From: Rhina ancylostomus
Lineage: Eukaryota
Assembly: GCA_030265395.1 (NCBI GenBank)
Contig: JARFYF010000050.1
Span: forward strand, 20,193,707 to 20,257,706
Length of the DNA stretch: 64,000 nt
Direction of reading: 5' to 3'
The position numbers and the translations under genes are program-made. This document shows positions 25,376-36,895 of the stretch, piece by piece. The notes under the pieces are model-generated. The model was not told the origin of the DNA, searched no databases, and saw nothing but the letters and a program-made list of their open reading frames with translations. Position 1 is the first letter of the stretch, and every line of letters begins with the position of its first letter.

Positions 25376-28300
25376 CAAGATAATTAACTATCAAATATGA
25401 TCTTGGTAAAAAGTACCAAGTGTATATTAATTTTAATGAGTTTTTTTTTGGAGGAGAGGGAAATGTTGGCTGGAACAAACCAACATTTCATATTTTGTGC
25501 AAAATTTGATTCAATGTAACAGAACATTGAATAGAGAAACAAATAGAGTTATTCCAATGGTATAACCAGCGGCCTGGACACATGTTTGCAATTGCTGGAG
25601 CATTGTACAACCAGATGCAGACAACATACTTTGCCTTTCAGCCTTCTCACTCGTGGGAATAATGCCTAAAACAACAGCAGACTGCACAATGGATGCAAGG
25701 ATGTTCAACGTATCTAAAAGAACATAAATTTAATATTTACCTTGATTTGTAGTTTACAAATACTGACCTGGGATTGACTGAATGCACATTATATTTTCAT
25801 TTTAAATATGCACAGGTTTTTTTCCTACAACCATCTGCAAAGGAACATTACACATGATTAAAAATGTTGTGAAAGTAACATAATTAAGATGGAGCAGCTT
25901 TTCATTCTTTTGACAGCATGATAAATTAAAAGACTTTGCTGTTAGCACACAATTTTTTAAAATTAGAACTGGGATGTATGCTTTATATGTACTGAACAGT
26001 ATTTTCAGATGCAAGAACACTTGCAATGTTTTTATTAAGCTTCAACAACTTGCCTAATTTTTTTTAAAAAAGAATTGTCAATTCAACATTGATAAAGAAT
26101 TTGGCAAAAAAAGGGATATCTACAACAGGACGCAAAGAATGATTCATCACCTTGTTTAAGGCAGAATTTTCAGCACAAGATATTTGTGGGTCGAATTTTC
26201 TGGCCTATTTGGACAATACGATTTGTGTAAAGTGTACTATACTAGCAACAATGTAATCACATCTGTTGATGTACACATAATTACAGAGTTATAATCCTGT
26301 CCTCTCCGTCCTAACATGAAACTCTTCCTCCAATATTATAGATTGATGGTAATATTTGAGAATTGCTTCTCCTCCAAATTTACAATCTACAGAGCCCAAA
26401 ATAGTTAAGGAGATGACATTAGCCTTAACACCATTAGAAGCTCTTTTTTTTTGTTGTTAATGTAATCTTTGTCACCTTGTTCCTGAAATGAACACCTTAT
26501 TTTTCTTAAAATTTTACATTGAAGGCATTTTTCTTTTAATTCTCCCTTTAATTTAATTGCAAGTTGCATCTGTATAGTTTGTCATCAGATAGATAAAATA
26601 TAATTAAAGCAAATTTAGTGAACAAAAAAAGTACTCAGAATTCAGAGCAGATAGTTCAACACTAACTCAACTTGCATCAATACCTTTAACATCTAGTCAA
26701 ATCTAGGAAGCAGCAAAAGCTAAAACCCACCTTGCAATTAAGAGTGGTTTATATTTTTTTGGAAGAGAATTACCCGACTTCTATTTCGGCAACTTTTGGA
26801 ATACATATACGTTTTAGCTTATCTATGATTACGTTCCAAGTACAATACAAGAATTTTGTCCAAGACTGATGAGAAGCAGACTGGATCTTTGCAAGACTCC
26901 ACATTACATTGAAGTCAATCACAAAGAAGCCCTGTACAGTTAGTGGACGTGAAATTAAGATCTGGGGGCAGGGAGAGGGGGATTCACATCTCCTCATAAC
27001 ATTAAGATCAATCTACGAAAGTTAAAAGGTGATGTTATCTCCAAAATCTGAAGACATACAGCCAGAGTGAAGAATTGTTGTGAAGTTACCTGATGAGGGG
27101 CTTTTACATTATTCCACCTAACAAACGAGTTAGACTGCCACTGCCGTATTATATCTAAAACTGTTTTAACATCAGATATCTGCTGTTTAAATACAGCCAT
27201 AAAAAAATCTAATAATCACAATAATCAAGGAAATTGATACAAAACAGCACTACAATCCCATTAGCCGATGGTAGAGATGTTGGGTATAAAACCTATACGG
27301 TATTAAAGTTATCTGAATGCAGCACGACAGAAATGGAACAGACTGCCACTAGCTGTAATGAATCCAAAACTGAACATGCAATATGGAGCAACAGGAAGAG
27401 AGTTGATGCATCTTGTAGAGTCAGTGCTGGTCTTGTTTTATCACTACTTGAACAGCATTGCTTTAAACTAAAACTTAATACTCAAAGTAATCATACTTAA
27501 ACCATCCAGACTGAATCCACATAGTTTCCAGTCTATTCCCATGTCACTCCTTGCCTTAGAAATAATGTCTGTTTAGTTTCCCAAGTCCATTCCACAGATT
27601 TTGATTTTTGCCACAATCCATGCAATATTATATTTCACCATCCTAACAGAAATATTGAGAAATTAATTTCAAAAGTACAAAGTTATCTTTGACTTGGACT
27701 TCCAGATCATTTGCCTTGATCAAACCAGCAGTGCTGAGGCCTGCCAGTGACAAGAGTTTTTAAGACATGAAGTGGACAGATGTCCTTGCTGTTTCATTTA
27801 AGTTCTTGCCATTCATCAAAGCAAAGCTATTGTCCTAACAGATTAGCTACAAGCCTGGGGTTGATTTACATTCAAAGCATAGAGAAGTAATATTTTTGCA
27901 TTAATTGTCATTGATAGTCTCATAAAAGGCTTCACCCCAGAAGTCAGTTCAAAGGTAGGCAGGAAAATCATCACAAATGTTAATACATGACTGAACTATT
28001 TAAAGTGTACCTTTCCATATGCATCAAAAATATACAAGTACATAAAACAGATTTTAAATATGAAAGCCAAGAATTTAAAGAAAATAATTTCCTCTATTAT
28101 AGATAGAGAATAACTCCCTAGGTTGCTTGTTAATAAAAGCAGCAGCTTCTTAAACTAGAGCAAGAACCGGGATTAATCTGCCAGCATCAAACTCACATTG
28201 TTTTATGTTGAAGAATGTGGACGATACAAATCTGATGCTTTGATGAGAATCAGCGTAGCTCATCTGGAAATTTCTCATTATCAGATTCCACTTCAAGAAT

Positions 28301-29119
28301 TTAGTCAGTTCCTTTACCAGGACAGTCAAGGTTTCTCCTTTGAGCTTCCATCTTGTCCTATTGCCAGAGTTTCAGTATGGATTTCAATAAACTACAAGTA
28401 TGCAGAGACCTTAAGAGGATGAGTCAGGTAGATTATTAAGTTAAAACAGTGGGTATCGTGCAATTGGCTTACTGTACGTGTAATATTCTCATGCGAGGAC
28501 AACTTTTAAACTCTTTGACAATAGTTCACTGAAAAATTAATTTAGGTGATCTCATTGACTGCTAATGAAGCAGTCCAAGCAAATATATTTTAAAATGCAG
28601 TGGCAAGATCAAACAATAAATTCAGAGTCCGAGTGACTATAATGGTCTATGCAGAAATCTGTTCCATAGAAAGCAAACCCAAATTACCCTGAGATTTATA
28701 CCGTTCAGACAAATTAAAACAAAGTAGTGGATTAGTTTGCACCTTGAGCAAACCAGTTATCTTGATTTCAAAGCCAGACTTCTATATTGTGAATTTCTGA
28801 AAAGGGCTCAAAATTGCTGAAGTTTATGTGATTCAAATATGAAAATCTACAAAGCTTCAATGAAATGTGCTACAAATGATAACCTGGCATGGCTTGTCCT
28901 CTATTTTAATCAGCCTCAGTTACCTTCCCTTCCTGTACCAAATGCACTCAGTGATTGCACTGCACTCCTTCACACGTTGCCTCAGGGAGACACATCTGAT
29001 TGATGCACCTGGTTAGTGAATGTCAGCAAGCTATTGCACTGTAGAGGCATCACAATGGTGCAGGATACCAGTTTTGAACATCGACAAGCAAATTTTCCAG
29101 GAGTCCTATTTAATGACAA

Positions 29120-29415
29120 TATGGATGGAGACCACTTTTGGCCCATTGAGTCTTTGCTGGCTTACAGAGCAATTTCAAATACACCACTAATTTCCCTGTA
29201 ACCTATTCTCCCACATTGCTAACAATTCCCTTGAAATTCTAACATTCACCTACACACTATGGATAATTTACAGTGGCCAATTACCAACCCATACACTTTT
29301 GGGATGTGTGAGGGGAATCAACATGCTCAAGGTGAGAACATGTAAACTCCACCCAGACAACAAAGGTCAGGATGGAACCTGGGCCACTGAGCCTGTGAGG
29401 CAGCAGTTGAGCTGC
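29120..29415 (-). mobile_element. HE1-like V-SINE (between exon-like segments of cluster A)
   Basis: ttttggcccattgagtc CR1-derived tail, gagaacatgtaaactccac V-domain and ggtcaggatggaacctggg B box. Confidence 0.85.
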
Positions 29416-30349
29416 TCAATCACTAGATAACACCGGAAGCAGCAATACACCAGGGTCTACCAAATACTAAACTGACCAATCAACTTGGATCAATCTGTTC
29501 ACCATAAAATTCTTCCAATCAGCACAGGTTTAACCTGTATTGAAACCAAGATCATTAAGGACATGCAGATTCAGAACCTGCTCTCTGCAAAATTAGATAC
29601 TTCTGGCGTAGGAGCAATGATGTTCTACAGTTTGCACAGCATTCTTATGTTCAAAGATAGGATAAAAGCACCACCCAGATCCACAGCAGAAGAATAAGCC
29701 AGTGGACATTGGGCAAGGGCAAGACTGGCAATGCCAGAAAGGATCCTGTTCTGCAAGTGCATGTTGGCATTCACCATCAACACTCACACTGAATGCTGGC
29801 CATTTAGGAGGGCATTAGAGGAGCATAAATACCTTCCTGAATATATCCCAATATGAATGCAAGTAGGAAAAGGCTTAGAATTTTAGCCTTGTTGATGCAA
29901 GATGCTCAGTACCATGCCAAGTAGGAACTGTATCCGCCGACATTAGGAGAACCTAGTCCAACCAGGCCAAGCAGTGGATCTATCCATAATGGGGAGCCTC
30001 AGAGTTATCCTCTGTTAGTTTTTTTTTTGTTTCAGTATTTTTAGACATACCAAGTTTCTTTGGCCAGCTGAGTTAACATTTCAGGTTGAACACTCTTCAT
30101 GAGAACTGGCAAAGAGGGCAAAGCAAGAAAGTGATGAGTGGGGAAGGCTTGTATAGTGCAAAGGAATATTTATTGCAGGGCAAGGCCAAGGTTGGCATGG
30201 AATAAGTAGAAGTTGATGGACTAATGGCAGCATTTGGAGAGTGATAACGCAATAGCCCAGCAGGCCAGACTGTACTAATGGAAAGAAAAGCTGAGCCAAC
30301 CAGCTCTAATGTTGACTCCATTTTTCTCCCTCCATCAGCACAGACTGAC

Positions 30350-30652
30350 CAGGTTGCCAAGTCCGGCATTCTTACAATGTTAAGACTCTCTAATTGGCAC
30401 CATTTAACCACTAACAACTGCTTGTCTCCATGCCAATTGTGGCCAGCCCCAGCCTCACGGATATTCGCCTCATTCTATCAATTCCCCATTCTCATCTTCT
30501 CTGAAATTCAAAACTTACTTCTTTTTCTCCTTTTCCCAGTTCTAACAAAGGTACTTTGTCCTAATTCTCTATCCACAGATGCTGCCTGACCCACTTCTAG
30601 CTTCTTCTGGTTTTATTTCAGACTTCAAACATCTGCAGCTTTTTGATTTCCA
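30350..30652 (+). mobile_element. Penelope-like element 3' end
   Basis: Pyrimidine-rich UTR, then ccacagatgctgcctgaccc...ttttatttcagacttcaaacatctgcag. Confidence 0.65.
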
Positions 30653-32269
30653 AGTCTCATAAGCATCAAACTCATCAGCTTTCCCACCCTTGCCTTTCTC
30701 TTCAACAAAATATGTATCCAGTTTTCATTCTCAGCACAAAGCTCTAGCCAGACATTCACCTGCTGCTGCTTTACACCAAAGTACTCATTGCAAGTCATTT
30801 CATCTGTGGTTCATGAACAACCAGCCACTTCATCACACGATGCTGAATCTTGCATTGCCATTCTTAAAAGAACAAATTCTATGCCTATTATCAACAGAGT
30901 TCTGCAACCTCTTACAGAATGTAAGCAGCTTTAACATTTTAAAGATTAGTTTTCACTTAACCCTCAAATCACCACACATATTTCCCTCTTTTTTGAATGA
31001 TACTTGATTTGCTGTTCCTACTTTGATGGCTCTACATAATTTTGTGCACAGAATAAAAAGAATGGCTTTTCAATGTCTGAATTTTTATGAGCACAAGTAA
31101 ATTTTGCCAGAACAGCAACTATATCTTTGTGGTGGTTCATTCCTGAAACTGTCACCAACACTTGGTGTATGTTCCTTTATCAGATTCAATGTTAATTCTT
31201 TAAACAAAAGTATCAATACAAGATTAGAATACTTTATTTTTCTATGGAGTCTGCAAGAGGTGAAATTAGGGAAGAAAAGTTCTTGTACATTCACAAAATG
31301 CAAACACATAATATTTTCAAAATTGTGCACTTCCTTAACAATGAACCTGAAATTAAAAACCTAGAGTTTTCCCCCCCATTCAGTTTCCCTTTGAAAATAT
31401 TTGGAATGCATGTAGAAAACAGTACACAATAAGCCAAAAATTCAACAAGCAAACTATTACTAACAGTCTTGTATATTCTATGAATTTACCAGTTTTCCCC
31501 TTAAAATGGATGCCATTTTCACAGCAGGTACTTTATTGCTAACAATAATATCAATGCCTTGATATACTTTTTCATTTCCAGTTCTGCCTTTGGGCTCATC
31601 TCCTGCTTTGTAGTTGAGTTCCTTATTTCTATTATCACATCTGCAGTTCTCCCATTGTACAACCAATCTCCACGACTGCAGTAACTCATCTCCCAGTTGT
31701 TAACAGAAATATCTCAAATACAGCCCTTTTAATTAGGAATTGCCTCAGGCAAATTCAGCTTGTCCAAAGTCACAAATACAAATGTCACATCAGGTTTAAC
31801 ACTTCCACTTCTTTTTCAGATGCCAAGTCAAAGTATCGAAGAGGCAAAAATAACAAGTCCCTGACAAAAACATTAAAATGAATATCGCATATAATTAACT
31901 TACAACTCTGAAATTCTTTCTACGAAACTTTAGTCTCCAAGGTCATATTTGTTCAACTTTCTCCTTCCTCCTGATCCCCGACACTTGTAAATTCATTTCT
32001 TCACATTCAAAATGGAAACTCACTATGTAAATCTGTCACATGATGATTATATCTTCCTGTCAGCTGCACTGTTGCAGCTTATCAGTTTTGTGTCTCCGAG
32101 CTTGTACTGCAGACCCCAACTAACTCCAGCTTTCTGAATCCCAAAATGCTGCCTGCTTAGCCATTTAGCAACTAATGATAAGATATATAAAAAAACAAGT
32201 TGCAAGACCAGACTGTCCAATTTAAAAAGGGGCTGAATCATAATGGCACTCTCTGATCCAATAACCTGC

Positions 32270-32990
32270 TACTGTCAAATCCTAATTCACCAATCAGGGT
32301 AGCTCCCAGGTTAGAAAATCAGGGAACAAAGATCCACGACAGAGTCAAACACCTCAGCTTACACCCTAACCTCCTCCCATGCAAGACTGAGGATGATCCG
32401 CACTGTTAGAGGTGCTAGCTTTCAGGTGAAATATTGAGGCCCCATTCACACTCTCAGGTGCATGCAATTCCTTTGTCTTACTTTTTATTCTTTCCTTTCC
32501 CACCTAACTCCTGCCCTGCTAAATTTGTACATCTACGTTCATTAAAAAAAGCTATTAAACTTGATTCATGGTGATCATACCATCCTGCCAGTGATGAAAT
32601 CTTGGAAAAGAAAAAAAGTGTTATTCTCATTCTGGCCTCACATCTACACCTCAACATCACCAGTAGATGAGATTAAGTCTTCAATATAGTAATCTATGGA
32701 TGTTAAATTCCACTTCTGAAATTCAGTGCAACTGAAGTCAACAAACTTAAACTTTAAAAGCTAAGTTTGACACAAATGCGTAAGCTCATTACTTGTACAG
32801 CATATGCAACAGAGGATGAAATTCTTCAACTTTATCTTGTAACTATAATATTGCTGTTTGAGAGAGTTTGCCACATGCAAGCTGGCCCTCATGTTCCTTG
32901 GAGGTCAAAAGTGACCACACTTTAGAAGAACTTTGGTGTCTGTGGAATGCACTGAGACACATGAAATTCTTAAGTGTACAAATGGAAATG
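32270..32990 (+). mobile_element. Deu-domain SINE (SacSINE1/AmnSINE-like), fragmented
   Basis: gcactgttagaggtgctagctttcaggtgaaatattgaggcccc...ctctcaggtg (Deu core) and the tail ttgctgtttgagagag...agtgaccacactttagaagaacttt. Confidence 0.55.
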
Positions 32991-34716
32991 TTTCCTTACG
33001 ATTGGGTCTGAACCCACCTTCATTTCCCCAGCTCCAACACCCTAGAGATTAATCCCAGTTATTCTTCCAGAGGAATGGCCCATGGGATTTTGGACACTCT
33101 GCCCTTGCCCATTTTCATCAGATGAGGTGCAGGGTCCCAAACTGCTTGGCTCAAGACAGCTGACAGAATCAGTAAAAGATGAGAGGCAGGCTCTGGTACC
33201 AAGATGATCTGTTCCAGTGGGGTGTGTGAAGCAAAAAGGGAGAGGAATAGTCTGACAGAATCAGTTTATAAAAAAGGAGCAGAATCTGTTTATCTGTGTG
33301 CATGCTGGTGCTCAGTCCACCACCTTTTAAGACTCAGAGAAATAAGTCAAGTCTTACCTCCAGAAATGGAAAAGCACAAGGTCAACAGAGTTGCTCTTGT
33401 ACACCTTCTAGTGTTGGATAAGGAAAAGTACTGCCAATATCCTGGGAGAAATGTTACTGCCTGTCCTGTGATTCAGGAAATACTGCACAGGAAGAGAGAG
33501 CCTTAACTGAGAAAAATCAAACTCTTTAAATTGCTAATGCAAACATTTCTGGTGTCTTTCCAGGATAATTCACTGAATTTCTTAAAGAGTTAGTGCAAGA
33601 AGGAAAGAAATACTTCCTGTTGTGACTATTTCATTCCATAAGAGTTGCTGAAGTCACTTCAATTTTACCTCCCACTGTTCAAAGAATCCACCTCACAAAA
33701 AAAAATGCTAAAGTTTACCCCACCTTCTGTCAGCGGTCATCTATTCTGCTGATGCATACATGGTGTCATTGCTTGCCTCTTAATGACTGTGTCAACTTGC
33801 ATTCTACCTAAATGAATGTCTGTGGTGAAACCTTTAAGCACATAACAAAAAAAAACAGGAAAGAAGTTTTTGACATCTATCGAAGGAATTGTACTATCCA
33901 GTGTTTTTGAAAGTTAGAATGTAGATTTGGATACAATCCTGATTTTGAACTGTAAACACCAATAACTGGATAATCAGAGGTTGAAATCTGAAGTATTTAT
34001 TGTCAGCTTGAAGGCCTGATTTAAATTCAGGCCTCTATACTTATGATGTAATAATTTGCTTAGTACAAGGAGAAATTAAATTCCTTAGTGAAAATTCCCT
34101 ATTGCTAACTTAAAACAATGTATTCAGCTGTGCTCGCATTGGCAAGCAAAACATGCTTCACTGAAGATACTAAGGCACAAACTCCTTGGAACAACAGAAA
34201 TACGTTGCTGAAAATTAACTACTAATATCACAACAAGTTGAAGTGAAATCCGATTACAACCAATGGATAACAAAATATTAATGATTTTCAAATTTACTTT
34301 GTTTTTTTAAACCAGAAGACTCCAATTATTCTGGAGGAATAAAAACACTTATTAAAGTGATTTTTAACAGAAGCCCTTCCCCTCATTGTAAAAAAAATGC
34401 ATCATACCGGCTTCTGTGCTGTCAATCAAGTGACCGNNNNNNNNNNNNNNNNNNNNNNNNNNNNNNNNNACGGAAGATTCCCTGTTTCCCCCTGTAGGAA
34501 ATGTGCATCTAATGAGTATTCCCGTTCTCACTCCACTCTTCAGCGCCTGCCTGTCCCATTGTTATACATCATAAACCGAAGCAACCTGCTGCCAGCAGCT
34601 GCTCCCTCCAGAATCCTCAACCAATCACCTGCCACTGCCACCTCCTCTGACATCACATTCAGGGTGACTGTAAAACACAGAGCTCTTTCAAAAGTGTTCA
34701 CGTAAGAACCATGTCA

Positions 34717-34719
<3 letters not shown>

Positions 34720-34752
<33 letters not shown>
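34720..34752. repeat. (GA)n microsatellite
   Basis: Visible directly in the sequence. Confidence 0.95.
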
Positions 34753-34757
<5 letters not shown>

Positions 34758-36789
34758 TTTCAGCAGAATACCTTCCTCACACTCTCCCATCTGGCAGTGC
34801 TCCAGAACACTTAACTTGCAGAGAAACCAGGCACATTAAGCGACAGAGGTAACATTTTAAACATCATTTATCTGACATCTTGTACCCCTTGGATAAAAGG
34901 GAATCAAGCAGTAGAAACTACAAGGCTAATTTATTTTTTAAAATCTCATTTCAAGTGTTCTATAATTAAATTCAATTAGTGATGTACACTTTTATAATAC
35001 AGCTCAAGTATTCATTTATTCAGGCATCTAGCTTGACTCACAGTTACTCATAAATGCAACACCAAGACATTCACACATTCTGTTCATGCTAAACATCCAC
35101 ATGTGCTGTAGTTCAGGTGTTCGTGGGAAAGCCTTGAACCATCTTATTGTGAACAAATTAATTGTTTTCTTCCCATGACTGAACATCAGTCTATTACAAC
35201 ATACCAAGGGAGAAAATAGAAATCCTAGTCAGAGCAGACAATATGCAATCAGCTGAACCAAACAGCATGTTAATAAGATCTGATAATCTGATTGATTAAA
35301 GCAACCTTAGAATTTCCACTATTGTATGTTTGAAGTCAAAGTATTGAATTTCATCTGGCCTATAACAAAACCAAACATGACCATCCAATTCCTTCCAAAC
35401 TTAAATCTGACCGGCATTAGATCAGCTTAATATTTATTGTGCTGAATTAAATGTAAATGCAATTCGCACACAGATTCTAGAATTCATTTTAAGGGTAAAA
35501 AGGATCTTCAAATTTTATATTAAAATTTACTTAAGTTTCATGAATACTACAATACAAGGACTCTTGAAGGTAAACTTACAAAAAAATAAATGAGCTATTA
35601 TTAATATTCAAATCAAATATCTATCTAATTAGCCAGTATGCAAAACATCCTAACCCAATGGGGCTAAGCAACCGAATTCCGTGACTTCCCTCTCGCAAAT
35701 GCACAAATCACATTTCAGATCAATAAAGTGTTTTGATTTCTGCACAATGTTACTCATGGATTAATAATTAAGAAAAACCTTAATTGTTCTCATTCCACTT
35801 ACCTTTATATTGGTTCTTTTGGCCACAGGCATCAACCTCTTCCCTCTCATCTGCTACAATGACAGGATGTGTACAATATCCTGTACACACATAGCTGGAG
35901 AAAACACCATTACAAATTGCCATTTTCCAAGTTTTGTTCTTGCCCTACACACATAGACTCTGAGAGCTCTGATCCTCTGAATGCGAAGCACTTTTTTTCC
36001 CCTCCTCTTCAATAGCCAGGTGCATTGTAGTCCTAATTATGCAAGCTTCCAGTTCTTTTTCAAGTGGGCCCTTAAGGCCAAATTCAGGTCATATCAGCAG
36101 TTTGTCGCTCATTCCCAGTAGCTGCACTAGTTCTCTCAAAAGACATAAAAGAAGTTGCAGGCTTTCTCGTTTAGACAGTCTGATCATTAATATCAAAGGA
36201 GAAACTTGTTTTCCCCATCCCCAGTGCTTCACCTGTTAACACTTTTACCCCATTTAGATAACAGCTGCTGGATTCCTTTTGCAGATAATTAGCAGCTGCA
36301 CTGAATTAATTCTGGTTATCTTCATGCAGTGAAATTTTTACTGTGATTTTATTGTGAAGTAAATTCCATCACCTTCAAGGTATTCTTTTTATACATTCAT
36401 TCGCAGCAATGTAACATGATGTTTAGCTATGTAAACAGCCCTGATGCCAGTGAAATGAATTAATTGTCCCAGAATACATTATGGCTGCTGATCATGCAAG
36501 ATTTTTTGAGTATCTACCAAATATGAAATAATGGGGGCAGTGGGACAAGCAGAGGGATATATCTGGGGATTTCAGGATAACAGTGTATTTATTCTTTGTA
36601 TATACAAACCATTTTGCAAATGTTAAACTAAATATAACTTACAAAATGGAAAAAAAATCAGAGTCGAGTATTTCTCTACATTGCTATTGCCGGTACCTTT
36701 AATAGAAAAAGCTGGAACTGTTTATCTTTTATGTCCAGTATCAATTGTGCATATTTTTAATGTATTGATGATTCTATTATGAAAAATGG

Positions 36790-36895
36790 CTTCTTTCCCT
36801 CTGCCTCATAACCTTCAGAGTCCCACAGGGTCTTTCCTTTTCCATATCTACAAGCTGCCCTTCAGCCACATCATTTGCAGACACAGGCCTGGAGA
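36790..36895 (+). mobile_element. L2 LINE RT fragment
   Basis: Translates to VPQG...FHIYKLPFSHIICRH, a truncated GVPQGS..LF.IY..PL..II..H motif. Confidence 0.55.

Larger units (their letters stand above)
25511..33441 (-). pseudogene. Candidate decayed multi-exon gene of unrecognised family (cluster A)
   Basis: About 15 short segments, mostly bounded by AG acceptors and GT donors, all on the minus strand: 33441-33358, 32152-32024, 31860 onward (donor unclear), 31675-31490, 30862-30760, 29952-29913, 29534-29477, 29008-28924, 28796-28743, 28528-28473, 28357-28197, 27117 (or 27208)-27090, 26931-26774, 26386-26285, 26204-26151, 25834-25768, and a terminal 25713-25511. Translations are protein-like (GSPNVGGYSSYLAW|LNLC*LEEFYGEQIDPS*L; ARKFDPQISCAENSALNK|MVVGKKPVHI*NENIMCIQSIP|DTLNILASIVQSAVVLGIIP...). 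No frame is stop-free. Recognisable repeats fall between the segments, not inside them. Confidence 0.55.

Noticed and set aside
25511-25640. LQTCVQAAGYTIG resembles enolase (AI.KAGYT)
   Set aside because: The frame stops shortly after, and no other enolase motifs are present in adjacent segments.
26994-27200. MAVFKQQISDV resembles the PARPBP N-terminus (MAVFNQKSVSD)
   Set aside because: Similarity does not continue beyond ~10 residues and neighbouring segments do not match.
32580-32845. Additional small exon candidates for cluster A
   Set aside because: They lie within a fragmented Deu-SINE, imply 49-60-nt introns and give ambiguous frames.
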